DNA of 64,000 nucleotides from Azolla caroliniana. Its lineage: Eukaryota; Plantae; Polypodiophyta. The stretch covers positions 13,392,001 to 13,456,000 of the forward strand of contig JBHGNT010000005.1 in NCBI GenBank assembly GCA_043228905.1, given 5' to 3'. The translations under genes and the position numbers were made by a program. The notes under the pieces are model-generated. The model was not told where the DNA came from and did no database searches. It saw only the letters and a list, made by a program, of their open reading frames with translations. Positions 11,601 through 24,333 of this stretch are shown in pieces. The first letter of the stretch is position 1. Each line of letters starts with the position of its first letter.

Positions 11601-14600
11601 GGATCATAGATTGACCCATGCGTGATATTCGTGGTATTCGAGAATATAAAATCGTTCCAAGAATATTATAAAACCATTCGTTTAGGAGAATAAATTTATG
11701 TAATAAAAATTAATCAATTCACTAAAAAAAGGGAAAATCACTCATTAATAGAAATATGGAAGGTCTTCAAAATCACACTAACATAAGAAAAGTTTTAATT
11801 AAAGAGATTATGAACCATTATATTCTAATTCCTAACTTCTAACTTCTAAGTAACGCTTCTAAATTTTAAGAGTCTATGCACTATCATATTCATCATCCAT
11901 ATCTTCAAGCTCATCACTAATATCCTTATGAGCTTCATTTTCATCAATATCTTGGTTTTGCATTCTCAAAAGCCTCTCGTCATCTATCATATCTAATGTT
12001 GCTTCAATTAGGCATAATCCCCTTTCCCTTATTCTTCTAATGAGACAATGATTTGTATGTATGTAAACCAATTTCTCAACATGAGCATGAGTCAATCTAT
12101 TTCTTTTTTTTGTATGTATCGACGAGAATGTACTCCAATTTCTTTCACAAGAAGATGCACATGAACCTTGAGAAAGCACACAAATTGCAAGTCTTTTTAA
12201 GTTCAGAGTGCATGCTCCAAATGTTTCCCACCACTTAATTGTATCATGCATTGTAGTTGGATTATTTGCCATAGGAATTTGAAAATGCACTTTTTAAGTT
12301 CTATAAGACTAGGATTCATCTAATAAAACACCACATAGAGGTATATCACCATTAGTATAATGCATAGTAGTTTCCATCCAACTTGTATTGACCTTCTCAT
12401 AAATATCTTGAATTGTTTCTCTCCAAATTGGATGCAAATTAAAGCCAGTTGCATGCAATGGTGAATGTAGCATTGTCCATCTTTGCATACATATTCCTCG
12501 AATTTCATCAAGCAATAAATGATCTACATCTTCAATGTGGTTTATTTCTTCTATCATACGATGAGTACATTCAGAAATTAAACCCATGGTTGCACCTTCT
12601 CTATCCGCCAATCTAAGAACTTTTAGGATTGGCTTGCATATCTTTACCATCTTCTTTATATTTGCCCAAAAGGAAGCATCAAGTATAATTGAAACTATTT
12701 CTTCTCCTAGTTGTGTTTTTGATCCTTTCCATTGTCACCATTGTTCACTAACCACCATTCTTCTTAATCCACCTTTGACTCTATCATCCAATAAGTTCGA
12801 CAACATGATAAAACTATAGGCAAATCTAGTAGTGGAAGGCTTTAACAATTCTTTCTCACTAAACTTACAAAACATTGCCAAAGAACATTGTTTTCGTGTA
12901 ATAAACACGATTACCTTTGTAGCTAATTTCAAAATATCATGAACCGAAGCGCATTTTCCAATATCTTCAAACAACAAATCAAGGCAATGGCATGTGCATC
13001 TAGTAAAAAAGATCATGGGCCACTCTTTCTCTATCATCCTCCCAACTACCACACAATTTGTTGCATTGTCCATACAAACTTGCAGAACATTTGATGGACC
13101 AATATCAAGAATAACATCCTTTAAAATCTTAAAGATATACTCTCCCGATTTATATTCTCCACTAGTGTGAATTGATTTCAAAAACACAATGCCATATGCA
13201 GAAGTAGCCATGACATCAAGTATAGGTCTATTCTTGGTATCTTACCAACCATAACTCACAATAGTGCATCCAACAGTTTTCCATTTTTCTCTAATTTGCA
13301 TAATCTCATTTTCAACATATTTCACCTCTTCATTCAAGTGCCTTTTACGTAATTGATTAGGAGATGGTGGCTTATAAGAAGGCCCCGCAAGTGCTACAGA
13401 TTTTATTAATTCATGAAAATATGCACTTCCCACTTTTATATCTGGTATATCCTCTACGAAAAAAAACCTCTTGATAGCTTTATCTGCATTTTTATCAAGT
13501 TGCTTTTGCCATACCACTTTCAAGGGTTCAACATTGTCTACTTTCATCTTTTTACTTGTTGATGCATTAACAAAAGATGATGAAGGCATTTCATTGATAG
13601 ATGTTGACTCCACATTCACATCAACATTTCTGCAACTATTTTCAGCATTGCATTCCATTGATGATTCACCATTCATATCAACATTTGCACAACCAGATAC
13701 CATTTTTTGTACTTCAGCTTTTATGACAACATCAAATTTGACGGCATTTGTCAACACCTAAACCTTTCAAGCCCAACAAGTGAGCTCTAATTCGGAAGGG
13801 GCCACCAACAAATACATGGTGGCAATGTTGACATTGAACGACAGCCATACCCTTATCAAGTTTTCTCATAACGGTCACATGATTCCATTCAAAGCCCTTT
13901 TGCTTCACCATTTTAGTAAATTAACCTTCAGCTGATCCTGAAAGAGATTAATTTGATACATAAAAAATAAATTTCAACATGAGATTCGGGGAAACACTAT
14001 CTCAATCACCAAACTTTACTAAGAAATGAGCATTCTAGTAGATGCCCAACAGTTTTGTGGGGGAGGCCCAGGGAATGCAAATATGTCAATCTATGCTTAT
14101 GATGTAATCTCATATTTGGTCTTATAGGCCATTTTGGCAGCTTAAAAGACGTTAATATTTCTTTCTTTCTTCGTTTCTTTCTACACTTTCTTGTAGAGTC
14201 ATTTTACTCTATGATGAATTCTTCATGATCCTACACATACCTAGGAAAACGTTCGCAAAACCTCAGTTCTCCTTATGAAAGGTTGCCCGTGCTCGACTTT
14301 ATCATGGATATGCAGCTATTGGTGCTCTTGATAGAAAATATGCGTACATACAATTCCAAATGTCCCTATGAAGTAAATTGTGGCTATTTGATGCACTTGT
14401 AAGATGGCTTGTCCCTATGAAGTAGAAACCTAGGGACCTCAACTATGAAGTATTATTCCAATTAGTGCCCAATATCCAACGGTACTCAAGGTTGGCACTT
14501 ATGTCATCTAAACAACTCATTGAACATGGAGATAATCATCGTTGGTATGTTGAAACACAATAGTGGTTGGAGTCACATGGCATAAGCATAACTGCACCAT

Positions 14601-17600
14601 CCATGTTCCAATATAGCTTTGATTGTCCCCATTTGAAAAGAATAGAGTGATCAAAACTGATATTATCAGATTGGCTAATGGAAAGAACATGGATCAGCCC
14701 CACAACGTTTGTTGGTAGGAATGGCCTACTATAATGCACAATTTTTACACATCATAGGATGGAATCATCATCAGGACCTCTTATATGAACATACATGTAT
14801 GCTATGTGCTGTGCAATAATATAGGGGATCTGCAGACCTCTTCGTATCAATTAGAAATTGAGGTAGGGAAAAGGTTCGCCATGGTGCATCCCATGTATAC
14901 AAGCCACACATGACATATTGGAGACATTGAAATGAGGAAGCTCATGCACCATATGGGGCGAATTGAGCTTTTGAAGAGTCATAGTTGAGGTGCCCAACGT
15001 GAGCGTGCCACAAGTGAGCATCTTCTTCAGCTACCAAGGCATAGTTGAAGAGTCATAATTGATATGAAGAAGTTGTAGTAGATGAGATTTGGAGGATGGT
15101 CATGGGCTAGTGGAGCTATTAAGATGACACAAGCCAGCTTCCCTTTTGTCACTAACAACAATTTATAGGTTGTTGATGTCAGCCATCAAGTTAGAGTCAT
15201 CAATATAGACACCGTAGCCTTGTTCGGTAATACAAGAAACTGAGCATAGCGCTGAAAGATGATGTATATGTAATACATTTTAAATAATACCTGGTTGACT
15301 AGAAGAAGAGCTCAAAATACATTACCCATGCATGAAGCTTCAAGATTCAAAGCATCTCCAATTGAAATTTGTGAGTTGTGTAGATAAATATCTCACCAGA
15401 TAGACGGAAGATATACTCATCATAAGTCATATGACTTGTGCAACCAGTATCCACAAACCAATCATTAAGAGAGAATGTGTTGTGGTTAGTCATAGAGGAA
15501 GAATTAGAGTTGATGCCTGAGAAATCTGTTTCTAAGTGTGAGCTTGGGGTTCGTTGAGGCTCTCTTTGTGGCATTACCCCTTTTCTTTTTCCGGCAATCA
15601 TGCTGGATGTGGCCTTTTTTGCAACAATAGAGACTAGTAAACTCTTTGTGGGCTAGATTGTTGGCTGGTTTCGATGAAGATTTACTGTTATTAGGAGAGG
15701 CATTCAATTTTGCCTTTGCCTTTTAACATGGAGAAGAATCCCTCTAGAACTTAAAGAGCTAGTTCATCTCTCTAGAACTTGAACTTGGTTGTTACATTAT
15801 GATGTTTTTTGATAGAACTTAGAAATACTCTAATTTGTGTTCCTTAGCAATATTTGCGCTTTCCATCCTGCAAATGAATGTACACATTTTTTCCCTCCTG
15901 CATAATTTAAATCTTAAAAACAGTGTTGAATAATGGTTTATTAACCCAAATCATCATCCCATTTATTGATTCATACACAAAATTGATTTGACTAAGTAAC
16001 ATATTGTGAAAGAGCATTCCTAACTCACTTTGTGCATAAAAGATAAATAAATATTATAGTATTCTATATCTTAATAATCCTCCATCACAGCTTCTAATTC
16101 TGAATCCGGATGTTGTGAGGGAATATGAAAATATAGTGAATAAAAATTAATTTGTCTAAAAGTTGTTCATATCATTCCATAATTTTACAATTTCTGTTGT
16201 AGGAACGCTGGTACTACTATCTTCTTTTGGCATTGGTGGATGTGGAGGGAAATTATTTAGGTAAACTGGTAGTATCAAAATGTGTATGTTTACATTAATA
16301 TTATTTAAAATTAAAAACTAATTGAATATTCTGTTATATATACATGTAATTTCTTTTATTTTTCAGATAGATGTATAGCTTGAAATCATTAGATTTGTAG
16401 GGGAATTAGGTCAAAATTTGCAGTAAGCAGTAACTTCTAGTATTTTCCAAGATTCATATTGTCTAAGGAAACTGTGTGAGCTTGAACAAATGTCAAATAA
16501 TAAATATGCGGCCATGACTTTATATTACATCAGTAATCAGAATATTAGGGCTTCCAGGTGCAAAATGGGATAGAATCTGCTAGAACATTCTATAGAATTA
16601 TTCAAAAGGGGTTTGGAGCCGCATTCTGTTGACCTGTTAGCTCTTGGCATACGAGCGCAGGGAAGGAGAGGAGAGAATAACTTAATTATGGAAGAACAGT
16701 TTACAAAGCTATCAATTATGGACGTGCTTCAGTGTCCAGTATGAGCTGATCTTGCTGCTCAAAGATGGCTTACAGTCATCTGGTTAACCTAAAAAAATTT
16801 ATTGACACTAACAAAGAAAGATAAATTCACATTTTGAAAGCACATAATAACCTTTGAAACAGTACAAAGATTCTGACTATCAATACAATTAACAAAAGAA
16901 AGCCAAAGGAAAAAGACTTTTTTCTCAAGATTTCTAAAACTAAATGTCTTGAAATGTAATCATGAGAAACCGCCAATCAGGTTTGGTTCATGATGCTTGG
17001 AATTGAATTTTCAGCTTTCTGAAAATAAGCAAATGTTGTACGGACAAGTGTTGCCACTGGAATAATTTCTATACTATGCTCAATTTGGGTTGGCATTGCC
17101 TTGCAGATGCTTATGTAGTTTCCAAAAAGAGATTCGTTTGTACATGCTAATAAGTGTATCCATACGAATCTTAACTTGTTTCATGAGATTCTACACTTTA
17201 AGCTTGTTGAACTATCTTAATCCCCCTTTTGTCAAGTATTTTTATTTTGTACATATGTAGTCAGATATTAATACTAATTTTTATTCATCTAAGTCCTAAA
17301 GCTAACAATTGTAGATAATTATACAAACTGTCATGTGACAATGGCTTTGATCTTATAAAATTATGTATATTGAGTTGAATCCATGTTGGCATCAATCGAC
17401 AACGATATCCATGTTGTAGTAATATAGCAGCCCTACTGTTTTTACTTTTGACATTGTCCACATTGTTGCACACATTGTTGCAGTCTCCCTTTTCAGAATT
17501 TTGAATTGTGAAACTTTAGAAGAGCTCCTTACTTTTGGGTGTGTTTTATTTTCGCAAAATTTGATTCTTTGATCTCTGATCTATTTTCTTCGTGAATCTA

Positions 17601-19165
17601 GTGGTTGGAGCATATCAATATACATCGTTGACGAGTGTGATGCTGCTTGATTGCTGGGCAATTCCATGTGTTATTTTCCTAACATGGTTGCTAATGAAAA
17701 CTAAATATACTGTGGGGCAGCTGGTTGGAACCTGCTGCTGTATATTGGGACTTGGCCTTGTTGTACTATCTGATGTTCATGCCAATGACATATCAGGTTT
17801 GATTCAGTGTATTGTAATTTCACTTACTCTTACATGAATAAAAAATGAGACATGGAGAGTAGTCAAGATATTATTCTCTTTAAGAAATAAAATGTCAGTG
17901 AAATTTAATCTAGGCTAGGAATTAATGTGGTTTCCGTTTCGTTCATTGTTTTACAGTGGCTAGTAATGCAGTTCTGGGTGATGCTATGGTTATTATTGGT
18001 TCGACATTCTATGCATTTTCTAATGTTGGCCAGGTAGAAAATTCGGGATAGAATAACATTTGCATTTGTGATCATATGGTAGATCTTATAGTTTGCCTGT
18101 TTCAGGAATTCCTAATCAAGAATAAGGTTGATTTGATAGAGCTTATGGCATTTATGGGCCTTTTTGGTGCTCTAATAAGTGGCTGCCAAGTGTATCCTTT
18201 TAGTTCTTGGAGCAGTGGTAAGTTAAACATTTTCCATGTTTACCCTTTTTGAGTGTCCTTAATTTGTGAATTGTTCAGGATCATTCTAGAGCGCCAAGAA
18301 CTAGCATCAATCAATTGGACAAATAGTGCTGTAAGTGGGTTAATCCTTTTCCCCCTAGCCTTAGAAGTAGGATCCTTTAACTTTCGTTCCTTTTACAGTG
18401 ATAAAGAAAAGGGCAGTCTGTTGTGGCTTGTTTTGTAACCGTTTTGTTTATATGCAGTGCAGATTCTGCCTTTTGTTGGGTATACCACATCGGCTGTACT
18501 CTTTTATTCAATTGTACCATTCATCTTTAAGGTTAATGTATATCTTATCTTTAGCTCTTTTAAATTCAAATGGTAAATGGCTACATGAAGTTATTTTATC
18601 GGTGAAGAAGATACAATATATATGGATCACAATGTATAAAAGATTTTGGCAGTGCTAATAAAGCTGTAGCTATATGATGTGTAACACTTGTTCTTGCTTT
18701 ACAGATAAGTGGTGCTACTTTATTGAATCTCTCTTTACTCACCTCTGACATGTGGGCTGTGGCTATTCGTGTATTTGCTTATCATCAAGTGGTTTGTGAT
18801 TTGTGGTTTGTTTCCTATTATTGATGTAAAATATGCTGGTTATATATTGAGTTCGACGACTACCTGTCCAGGTTGACTGGATCTTTTTCATTGCATTTGC
18901 TATGGTAGCATTTGGCTTAGTGGTATACAGCACGAGGTATGAAATTTAAACCAGTGTGTATATAAGCACCGTTTTCTTCAGCTTAATAAGGATTGTAATG
19001 CTTATATACAGCCAGAGAAGAGACAACGGAATTGAAGAAGCAAAATACACAAAGGTAAATTCGTCATTCAATGAGTACAATGGTGTGATAGAGTCACGTG
19101 ACAGTGATATAACTGATGGTGCAAATTCCAGTCCAACAATTAAGGTAAAAGAAATGCATAGTTAA
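5677..19165 (+). CDS. SLC35F1/F2-like (DUF914) solute carrier, 11 exons, 348 aa
   Basis: Exons 5677-5785, 7264-7358, 16203-16260, 17602-17796, 17957-18033, 18106-18191, 18279-18330, 18463-18531, 18705-18791, 18872-18936, 19012-19165. All introns are GT-AG with consistent phases (1047 nt total). Family motifs: LGQFASLLITMTGFAS, WYYYLLLALVDVEGNYL, AYQYTSLTSVMLLDCWAIP, SGATLLNLSLLTSDMWAV. Confidence 0.92.
7860..8486 (+). mobile_element. LINE 3' fragment (RTEX/L2-like C-terminal Cys/His domain) with (TTTC)n tail, in intron 2
   Basis: RTSSH..EIEVGRY..EERICQLCHQGVESEQH...C motif. The 3' UTR matches the second copy. TTTC-repeat tail at about 8461-8486. Confidence 0.8.
9435..10035 (+). mobile_element. 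Copia solo LTR, 601 bp
   Basis: TGTTAGGAAACAGGTCCCTC start matches the LTRs at 53380 and 58083. TSD GGTAT at 9430-9434 and 10036-10040. Removing it restores the LINE RT frame. Confidence 0.93.
11605..14095 (-). mobile_element. hAT DNA transposon, full length, degenerate
   Basis: Perfect 11-bp TIRs CATAGATTGAC/GTCAATCTATG. 8-bp TSD CTTAGGAT/CTTATGAT (11597-11604, 14096-14103). It splits the LINE 3' UTR. Confidence 0.93.
11874..13911 (-). pseudogene. hAT transposase (BED finger, DUF659, hATC dimerisation domain)
   Basis: EWNHV...CQHC...RIRAHL, GCTIVSYGW, QVCMDNA, CTCHCLDL, WWETFG..SASSCERNWS..KKRNRL, with stops and frameshifts. Confidence 0.9.
14240..14875 (+). mobile_element. Third, more degraded fragment of the same LINE family
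   Basis: Similar to 10270-11140 (GCTCGACTTT..CATGGA, GGTACTCAAGGTTG, ACATGGATCAGCCCCACAA). Confidence 0.75.
14880..15800 (-). mobile_element. Copia gag-protease-GAGpre relic
   Basis: Zinc knuckle YCCKKGHIQHDC, protease WFVDTGCTSHMT, LWHA.VGHLN-like segments. Confidence 0.75.
18192..18278 (+). other. U12-type (minor spliceosome) GT-AG intron
   Basis: 5' splice site GTATCCTTT, branch point TCCTTAAT at 18256-18263 (15 nt before the end of the intron), correct reading phase. Confidence 0.88.
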
Positions 19166-19859
19166 TGCAAATGGAGATTAATGGAATGCATTGTTGTAAT
19201 TCTATCCACAAAAGAAAAATGGAAGAAAAAAAGACTCTGTTTTAGACCAAATCCTCCAGCTTACTCTATGAGAGAAGATGACACATGAACGTGCTCTGTG
19301 GGGTTGAAAAGCAGCATACAGGAAGGACACTGATGGGTGAGGAGATTGTATCAATTTGTAATAGTCTATTTAAACCAATTGTTATTATGTGCATATCTTG
19401 ATATGATGTTAACAAATAAAACAAAAAAAGGATCATTATGGTTATGACTATTTGCTGACCTTGATTACACTAGTGATTATTTTATTACAATGGATCATGA
19501 TATAGTAAAATTAAGACAACAAACTTGCTTGATTCTGTGTTCATTTTGATAGTTTTTTCATGCTTATTGCGAGACAACTGCATTTCTGAAGTAGTGAGAC
19601 AAAGGAGACTTCTACTCCGCTGCCCAATTGCAGAGCAGGCTTCATACATTAAAGATAGTATTAACTTTTGTGAGTTGACATGTGTGCCTACTATTTCGTA
19701 TTTAGAGGCTTGGCCCTAATGACCACATTTAAGGATCAATACTCTTAACGTTAACATACACGGTTAATGAAGAAGGCAATAAGGCTAATTACTAGACAAT
19801 GATCCCTTGCTCGTCTTGACAAGGAGAAATAAAATGAACATTAGCCCATACTTCCGAGT

Positions 19860-20640
19860 ATAGAAAATGAAGGTTATGGAATCACGTGAGGAAGAAAGAA
19901 GAATGGCGTATAAGACCAAACAAGAAAAGCAATGCATTCAAGAGTACAACAGTCTACTTCGATGCGTCGAAAAGCAACACGAAACCAATGGACTAAGCCT
20001 CCATTTTAGCCAACTAAAAAGTTTCCACAAGATTAGGCTAAAAAACAAATGTTGAAGAGAAACTCCCAACCACTGAGATCTTGTCATATGCGAAGATGCT
20101 CCCCAAAGGTGAATGTTTCACTATTACAACAAATCCTCACACTCAAAAGTTAAAATCTCTTGTCAGGGTGGTGTACAAAGCAATTGAGAACCTTGAAGCA
20201 CATAGCTATAGTTTTGACAAAAGTACTATCTAAGGACATAGAACTTACCCTTGAAGAGTTGTTGAAATTGAAGCCTCAACCACATCATGATGTTATGAAG
20301 GGTTGCAAAAGGAGAGCTTTGGGTTGGGTATGGGGAACTCGTGCTAACCAATCCCCTACGTACCAAAGTTATTACAGAATAACACGACAAATAGAGCAAG
20401 ATTGATACCTTCATTGCACATTTTGAAAGCGAGGACATGAGCTTTGCACATCTCGTGTTCGTAAACAACATCCTGATATCGGCTACCATAGATATAGGTG
20501 CCAGGGCTAGCATCATAAGCTTTGACAATTTGTGAAAGTAGGGTAGGTGAAAATGATCCCTTGTGACATCAAGCTATGAATAGCTTAGAATGGGTGGACA
20601 CAACAACCCGAAGGCATGGTACCCACCCATAAATTCTCAA
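19860..20640 (+). mobile_element. Old Gypsy gag/protease relic
   Basis: IELTLEELLKLKP and aspartic-protease-like ATIDIGARASIIS near 20481-20520. Boundaries are approximate. Confidence 0.55.
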
Positions 20641-22181
20641 TGCACGGTGTCGAATTCTTCCTCACCCTTGTTGTTATAAGGCATATGAATGTCTATTAGG
20701 AAGGACGACTTTTTGTCTGTGTAAGCAGGTTGGGCATGGACTTTGGCAAGTGGCCATCTACATGCAAAAGAGTAACAAGATCTATAGAATCTATACATGT
20801 CTAGCTTGAACAAGAAGGTAAGCCCCAACCCCTTGATGGACGCTCACTCGTCCATATGAGAGGTATAGAAGTATGTATGTGCATAGTAGAGTGGTATGTA
20901 TGTGTGTATGTATATGTATATAAAATCTTATAGGTGGGGACGGAATGGAGAGAGGTAAGGGGGAATGGGTGGGTGGGTACACGTGGTGTTGTTTTGTCGA
21001 AGGCGTTGTCTGCTGCAAGCGACGCCGCGCGGCCTGCTGCAGCTCCTCCTTCCTTTGTCTCTTTCTTCTTCTTCCCTGCATGCAGAAGTCGTGGAGTTCT
21101 AATGGTGCGAGCCAGGCCTGCACCATATAGAACTCATTGCCTTGTGGTGTCATGTAGGAAGGAGGTTGTGGCTGCACACTGCACTGCACTGCAAGCGTCG
21201 CCATTGAAGCGTCACAAATGGTATCATCACGTATGCATGACCCCATATCAATATGTAGCATATGTTCACATTCATTCATTCTACCATTCTTTTAGATTTG
21301 GTCTAGCCCGCCCGTGTGAAGACGAAGCTTCCTCCTAATATGTCGTTTGTTCAGATCCACACACCATGGGATTTTCCTATTGCCTCATCAGCTTGACTAA
21401 AGGGGCAAACAACTGTAGGTTACCATATGCATATTGTTCGAGACTAAATAGATTCTAAATATAGACATGGTGTCAAAGTCAACAACATAAAGTATCTTTT
21501 TAACGACATTGACAATGCATTCTCAAGCAATATTTCAACACTTCTGGAAAATGAATTAACACAGCCATTTTCTAAAGCAAAAAGGTGCTAATTAACAGCT
21601 TGGTGTAGTCACGATCTTTTGTTGGAAATTGTTAGTGCAACGATATACTCTACCATATGAATGTCTTTAAGGATTATGTGAATGATTTAGTGGTATACGG
21701 AATATGGCTTTGTAAGGAAAAATTTACTACTTCAGAGTCCAGACTTATCTATGAAATATACACTATTACTTGCAATAACAATTTCTAATAGATATGAAAT
21801 GAAAGTCAGCGTTTTAACACTGCATTATTATATTATTATCCTTTCCAGCATTTCAGTCTACTGTATTAAAGTCCTAATTAAAGTAAACCCAAATTTAGCT
21901 TCCCCAATGGCTCCCTAATGTATGCTTTTGCATTGCGTTATGTTGTGGTAACATCTAAATACTCAAGAACTTGTACAAGTGGAAAATAGCAGCCAGATTC
22001 AGTGGGTTGTGATATTAGATTATGGTGTCGAGCCAATAACTAATTTACAAATAATTTCAAGCAATTCCAACTACGAATCCAAGTAGATGCATCAAACGTG
22101 TCAAATAGATTAACATATCCACAGAGGTTAGTTTTAATTTGAGTCAGTTTTGTTGTAATAAACTAATTTAGCGATTTTCTA

Positions 22182-22327
22182 CGATTCTTGTTGGCGATTC
22201 TTGTTGGCGGGAATCGCCAAGGAGTGCAAGAATATCCACAAAGAACATTCTCTGTATTTTAAAAGCTTGACTTTGTAAGAAGTTGACTTTGTTAGACACA
22301 TTGATTGATCTTATGATTCTATAAATA
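22182..22327 (+). promoter_or_regulatory. PHT1 proximal promoter: 2x TTCTTGTT, P1BS, 2x W-box, TATA
   Basis: CGATTCTTGTTGG x2 (22182-22207), GAATATCC (22230-22237, matches GNATATNC), TTGACT at 22267 and 22283, TATAAATA 22320-22327. Confidence 0.7.
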
Positions 22328-22417
22328 CAGGTGGGATCTTATGGTTTCTACTCAACATACCCAAGGTTCCCCTCTTCTCCCATTTCTCCAACCTGATCAA
22401 CATTTTTAATTCAACTT

Positions 22418-22739
22418 GTAAGTTTTATTTCTTTGCCTTTCAATTGTGCGCTCTCTCTCTCTCTCTCTCTCTCATGTTACCTTAATAGCGTACATTTTTT
22501 GGTATCATAGATCATACTTGACCTCCAATAACGATATTAAAATCTATCTATCAATTTAGCCATCTATCTCAACAGCGTGCTTCTTCATACATAATGTCCA
22601 TTCTGAACATGTCAAGTATGTACTATGTACTGAGTAGCGTATATATATATATATATATATATATATTGCAGGTTGTCAATGTATTCATGCTGCGTTCCTC
22701 ATGATGATCATGTTTTGATAATAATAGTATTCATTTCAG
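22418..22739 (+). other. Probable 5'-UTR intron of PHT1 containing (CT)n and (TA)n
   Basis: GTAAGT donor at 22418. TTTCAG acceptor at 22739, 16 nt before the ATG, with an alternative TTGCAG acceptor at 22671. Confidence 0.65.
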
Positions 22740-22755
22740 GTTTACAACTCTGGAA

Positions 22756-24333
22756 ATGGCGTTGGAGGTTTTGACGGCATTGGACAAGGCGAAGACGCAA
22801 TGGTACCACTTCACTGCCATAGTGATTGCGGGAATGGGGTTTTTCACCGATGCGTATGATCTCTTCTGCATCTCCACCGTGACTAAGCTCCTAGGCCGCA
22901 TCTACTACTTCAATCCTGACAGTGCTAAACCAGGAACCTTGCCCCCAAATGTCTCTGCAGCCGTCAATGGTGTCGCCCTATGTGGCACGCTCGCTGGGCA
23001 ACTCTTCTTTGGTTGGCTGGGCGACAAATTGGGGCGCAAGAAGGTGTACGGTGTTACACTCCTCCTCATGATCGTATGTTCTATCGCATCTTCGCTCTCC
23101 TTCGGCCATACTGCCAAGTCTGTGATGACCACACTCTGTTTCTTCCGCTTTTGGCTGGGCTTTGGGATCGGTGGCGATTATCCTCTGTCCGCGACCATCA
23201 TGTCGGAGTATGCAAACAAGCGCACGCGTGGCGCATTCATTGCCGCAGTGTTCGCGATGCAGGGCACCGGGATCCTCGCGGGGGCCACAGTCTCCATCAT
23301 TGTCTCCTCTGCCTTCAATAATGCTGACCCACGCCCACCCTACAGTGTAGACCGTGTGGGCTCAACACCGAAGCAAGCGGATTTCGTGTGGCGGCTGGTG
23401 TTCATGTTGGGGGCCATACCAGCATTGCTGACGTACTACTGGCGGATGAAGATGCCGGAGACTGCTCGTTATACGGCACTGGTGGAAGGGAATGCAAAGC
23501 AAGCGGCTCAAGACATGACCAAAGTCCTGGCGGTGGAGCTTAATGCGGAGCAAGAGAAGGTGGACAAAATCCGGTCAGACCAAAGCCAGAAGTACGGGCT
23601 GTTCTCAGCAGAATTCGTTCGACGGCATGGGCTGCATCTGTTGGGAACAACAAGCACCTGGTTCCTGCTGGACATCGCCTTCTACAGCCAGAACCTGTTC
23701 CAGAAGGACGTGTTGACGGCCATCGAGTGGCTGCCAAAGGCCGCAACCATGAGCGCGCTGGAGGAGGTGTTCAAGATCAGCAAAGCGCAGGCGCTCATCG
23801 CGCTTTGCTCCACTGTCCCCGGCTACTGGTTCACCGTCGCCTTTATTGACATACTGGGGAGATTCAAAATCCAGCTCATGGGCTTCTTCATGATGACAGC
23901 CTTCATGCTGGGCTTGGCCATTCCCTACGACACACTCAAGGAGAAGAACCATCGCATCACGTTCGTGGTGCTGTACGCCTTCACATTCTTCTTTGCAAAC
24001 TTCGGTCCCAACAGCACCACCTTCATTGTTCCTGCGGAGGTGTTCCCGGCGCGGCTGCGATCGACATGCCACGGTATTTCGGCTGCGGCCGGCAAGGCGG
24101 GGGCCATTATCGGCGCATTTGGCTTCCTTTATGCCGCACAAAGCAAGATTCCTGGTCAGCAAGATGCCGGATATCCCAATGGTGTTGGCGTCCGCACGTC
24201 CCTACTCATTCTGGGCGTCATCAATGCTCTAGGATTTTTCTTCACGTTCCTCGTGCCAGAGACGAATGGTCGATCGCTCGAGGAGATCACTGGGGAGAAT
24301 GAAGTAGATGGGGACGACAAACTTGCTGTCTGA
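22756..24333 (+). CDS. PHT1: High-affinity inorganic phosphate:H+ symporter, PHT1 family (MFS), 525 aa
   Basis: Intact ORF with the PHT1 signature [13 protein letters not shown], plus [12 protein letters not shown] and [14 protein letters not shown]. Confidence 0.98.
   Translation: MALEVLTALDKAKTQWYHFTAIVIAGMGFFTDAYDLFCISTVTKLLGRIYYFNPDSAKPGTLPPNVSAAVNGVALCGTLAGQLFFGWLGDKLGRKKVYGVTLLLMIVCSIASSLSFGHTAKSVMTTLCFFRFWLGFGIGGDYPLSATIMSEYANKRTRGAFIAAVFAMQGTGILAGATVSIIVSSAFNNADPRPPYSVDRVGSTPKQADFVWRLVFMLGAIPALLTYYWRMKMPETARYTALVEGNAKQAAQDMTKVLAVELNAEQEKVDKIRSDQSQKYGLFSAEFVRRHGLHLLGTTSTWFLLDIAFYSQNLFQKDVLTAIEWLPKAATMSALEEVFKISKAQALIALCSTVPGYWFTVAFIDILGRFKIQLMGFFMMTAFMLGLAIPYDTLKEKNHRITFVVLYAFTFFFANFGPNSTTFIVPAEVFPARLRSTCHGISAAAGKAGAIIGAFGFLYAAQSKIPGQQDAGYPNGVGVRTSLLILGVINALGFFFTFLVPETNGRSLEEITGENEVDGDDKLAV

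Larger units (their letters stand above)
8490..14183 (+). mobile_element. 5'-truncated RTEX/L2-like LINE interrupted by a solo LTR and a hAT element
   Basis: RT motifs GQAGFWKGFTTLDHI, CFLDF*KAFD, KQGCPLS and YLAGI|AIQMLLYADD (restored on removing the LTR). C-terminal domain near 11100-11250. The 3' UTR resumes at 14104 with a TTTC tail. A 145-bp tandem duplication lies at 10625-10919. Confidence 0.88.

Noticed and set aside
20732-20748. GGGCA-TGGA-CTTTGGCA resembles a miR399 target or IPS1-type mimic near PHT1
   Set aside because: The central part is shorter than the true complement and mismatched rather than bulged. There is no precursor hairpin. It is likely chance.
22905-24302. Overlapping alternative-frame and antisense ORFs in PHT1
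   Set aside because: By-products of GC-rich codon usage, with no recognisable domains.
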